DNA of 11,009 nucleotides, from the NCBI GenBank assembly GCA_964010765.1, contig CAXGMD010000090.1, positions 1 to 11,009 of the forward strand, given 5' to 3'. Below, in pieces: positions 7,572-11,009 of the stretch. This DNA comes from an uncultured bacterium. GTDB taxonomy: Bacteria; SAR324; NAC60-12. A program made the translations under genes and the position numbers. The first letter of the stretch is position 1. Every line of letters begins with the position of its first letter. Below the pieces are notes generated by a model. The model had not been told where the DNA came from. It ran no database searches and saw nothing but the letters and a program-made list of their open reading frames with translations.

Positions 7572-8144
7572 ATGATGAAGAGAACCGGCATGTATAGCGT
7601 GTTGCTGACTGGACTACTTTGGTCAGCGCCACTCTGGGCTGCTGGAGAAGAAGGACAATCCTCAATGCTGGACTTCTTCTGGAAAGTAGTGAATACGATC
7701 ATTCTGCTGGCGATCCTCTACTATTTTGCTCGCAAACCCATTAGTAGCGCTTTGGGGAAGTCTGCAGAAGAAGCTAAAGCTACTATCGAGGAAGCACGCC
7801 AGGCCGAACAGCGCATCGAAGAAGAATTGACCAAAGCACGTGAAAAATTGGAGAAGGTAGAGCATGAAGCAACAGAGATGATTGCGAAAGCCAAAGTCAC
7901 TGCAGAAACTGAGCGTCAGCGAATTCTGGAGGAAGGTGAGGCTGAGGCAAAAAGAATCACTGACTATGCGCGCTTCACCATCGAGCAAGAATTCAAAAAA
8001 GCTGAATATGACCTGCGTCGCTGGGTAGCTGGAGTGACCATTGATCTAGCCGAAGAGAAGTTGCAGCAACGTGTCAATGCAGACCAGCAGAAAAAACTGA
8101 TTCAAGATTTTGTTGATGAATTGCCGAGCGGAGGAAGCCGATGA
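7572..8144 (+). CDS. atpF: F0F1 ATP synthase subunit b
   Basis: FFWKVVNTIILLAILYYFARKPI followed by a coiled coil ending QQKKLIQDFVDEL. Start reassigned to ATG 7572 (AGGA at 7561-7564). Stop overlaps the atpH start (ATGA). Confidence 0.9.
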   Translation: MMKRTGMYSVLLTGLLWSAPLWAAGEEGQSSMLDFFWKVVNTIILLAILYYFARKPISSALGKSAEEAKATIEEARQAEQRIEEELTKAREKLEKVEHEATEMIAKAKVTAETERQRILEEGEAEAKRITDYARFTIEQEFKKAEYDLRRWVAGVTIDLAEEKLQQRVNADQQKKLIQDFVDELPSGGSR

Positions 8145-8695
8145 GCCAAATGGTGATTGCCCGCAGATATGCTTCGGCACTTTCCAACCTTGCCAAGAAA
8201 GAAAATAATCTGGAGCAAGTTGGCACTGAATTGCAGGACTTCTGTGATACTCTGCACGAAGCCGCTGAATTGCAGGAAAGTTTGAGCAACAACAAAGTCC
8301 CAATGGCGGTGCGCAATAGCATCCTGACAGAAATTCTGACCAAAATGGAATTGTCTACATTAGTCAGTACCTTTCTCCGCTACCTACTCAGTAAACGCCG
8401 CCTGACACTTGTTCATGATATTGCTCGGGCGTTCGCCTTGTTGACCCAAGAGGCGATGGGAATTCTTCCCGCAGAAGTCACGGTCGCCAAAGAACCACGC
8501 AGCAAAGAGAGCAAAGACCTGCTACAGAAACTGCAGGAACAACTCTCTGCCAGTACTGGCAAGACCGTACAAATCCATGTCTCAGTGGATCCTTCCATCA
8601 TCGGCGGTATCGTCACACGCATCGGTTCGATGGTGATCGACGGGAGCATCCGCAACCAACTTATCCAAGTCCGTGAATCGATCATCAGGGGTTGA
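8141..8695 (+). CDS. atpH: F0F1 ATP synthase subunit delta
   Basis: IARRYASAL and VDPSIIGGIVTRIGSMVIDGSIRNQL motifs; GGAGG RBS upstream. Confidence 0.96.
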   Translation: MSQMVIARRYASALSNLAKKENNLEQVGTELQDFCDTLHEAAELQESLSNNKVPMAVRNSILTEILTKMELSTLVSTFLRYLLSKRRLTLVHDIARAFALLTQEAMGILPAEVTVAKEPRSKESKDLLQKLQEQLSASTGKTVQIHVSVDPSIIGGIVTRIGSMVIDGSIRNQLIQVRESIIRG

Positions 8696-10210
<1,515 letters not shown>

Positions 10211-10224
10211 GTGCTAAGCTATCC

Positions 10225-10249
10225 TGTGCCCGGCTTACAGCTGGGTACA
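10225..10249 (+). promoter_or_regulatory. Intercistronic RNA hairpin between atpA and atpG
   Basis: TGTGCCCGGCT / AGCTGGGTACA form an 11-bp stem with two G-U pairs and a TAC loop; no U-tract follows. Confidence 0.55.
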
Positions 10250-10266
10250 CTTCAACGTGAGATCTG

Positions 10267-11009
10267 ATGCCCAGCCTCAAAGAAATCCGCAATCGAATCA
10301 CTAGCGTCAAAAAGACGCAGAAGACCACTAGCGCGATGAAGATGGTCTCCGCTGCTAAGCTGAACCGAGCTGAAGACACTATCCGACGCGCTCGACCCTA
10401 TTCAGTAAAGCTGAGAGAAGTTGTCTCTTCTCTCTCCGGCAAGTTAACGCCAGATGACAATCCTCTTTTTCGAGATCAAGCAGGGGAGCGTGTCGCCGTA
10501 ATCCTCATGACCTCAGACCGAGGTCTCTGTGGAGGTTTCAATGCTAATCTTTGTAAAATGCTGGCCCGAACTCTCCATGAAGAGGGCATAGATAGCGCAG
10601 AGATGCACATCGTTGGAAGGAAGGGTCGAGACTTTTTCCGCCGTACCAACCACCAGATTGCAGCAGACTATCCTGATGCTAGACCAGAACACTATTTAGA
10701 TATTGTCTTCACAGTACTTGATGGGTTGACCACAAGATTTGCTGCTGAGGAATTAGATAAAGTCTATCTGGTCTTCAACGAATATAAGAGTATCTTAACT
10801 CAAGAGCCAACCATCCAACCCTTGCTGCCGATCAGACCGCTCGAAGACGCAGAGGAAGAAGGGGAACAGGAAATTCTCTTCGAACCTTATATCGAAGAAC
10901 TCATCGGCCCCTTGGTTCAGCAGTATATACAGAATCAAATGTATACAGCTTGGTTAGGAACCTTGGCCGGAGAACACGCAGCCCGAATGACAGCGATGGA
11001 CTCTGCCAC
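10267..11009 (+). CDS. atpG: F0F1 ATP synthase subunit gamma (3' end truncated by window)
   Basis: Manual translation: MPSLKEIRNRITSVKKTQKTTSAMKMVSAAKL...TSDRGLCGGFNAN...GEHAARMTAMDSA, open to the end of the window. Absent from the ORF track because there is no stop in the window. Confidence 0.97.
   Translation, partial: MPSLKEIRNRITSVKKTQKTTSAMKMVSAAKLNRAEDTIRRARPYSVKLREVVSSLSGKLTPDDNPLFRDQAGERVAVILMTSDRGLCGGFNANLCKMLARTLHEEGIDSAEMHIVGRKGRDFFRRTNHQIAADYPDARPEHYLDIVFTVLDGLTTRFAAEELDKVYLVFNEYKSILTQEPTIQPLLPIRPLEDAEEEGEQEILFEPYIEELIGPLVQQYIQNQMYTAWLGTLAGEHAARMTAMDSA

Overview
Mostly core-genome bacterial DNA (about 50% GC). The gene content and the split ATP synthase operon suggest a deltaproteobacterial-type or SAR324-like organism; this is inference. 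The minus strand carries a HAD phosphatase, a zinc-ribbon/Pro-rich membrane protein, rplU-rpmA-trpS-purB and waaF. The plus strand carries atpF'-atpF-atpH-atpA-atpG (atpG truncated by the window end). The main finding lies in the apparent 267-bp gap between waaF and purB: a + strand ORF missing from the ORF track (1234-1413). It has an RBS, one N-terminal transmembrane helix, an in-frame TGA at codon 29, a SECIS-like hairpin at the canonical distance and a nearby Cys. It is a candidate 59-aa membrane-anchored selenoprotein that standard annotation would miss or truncate.
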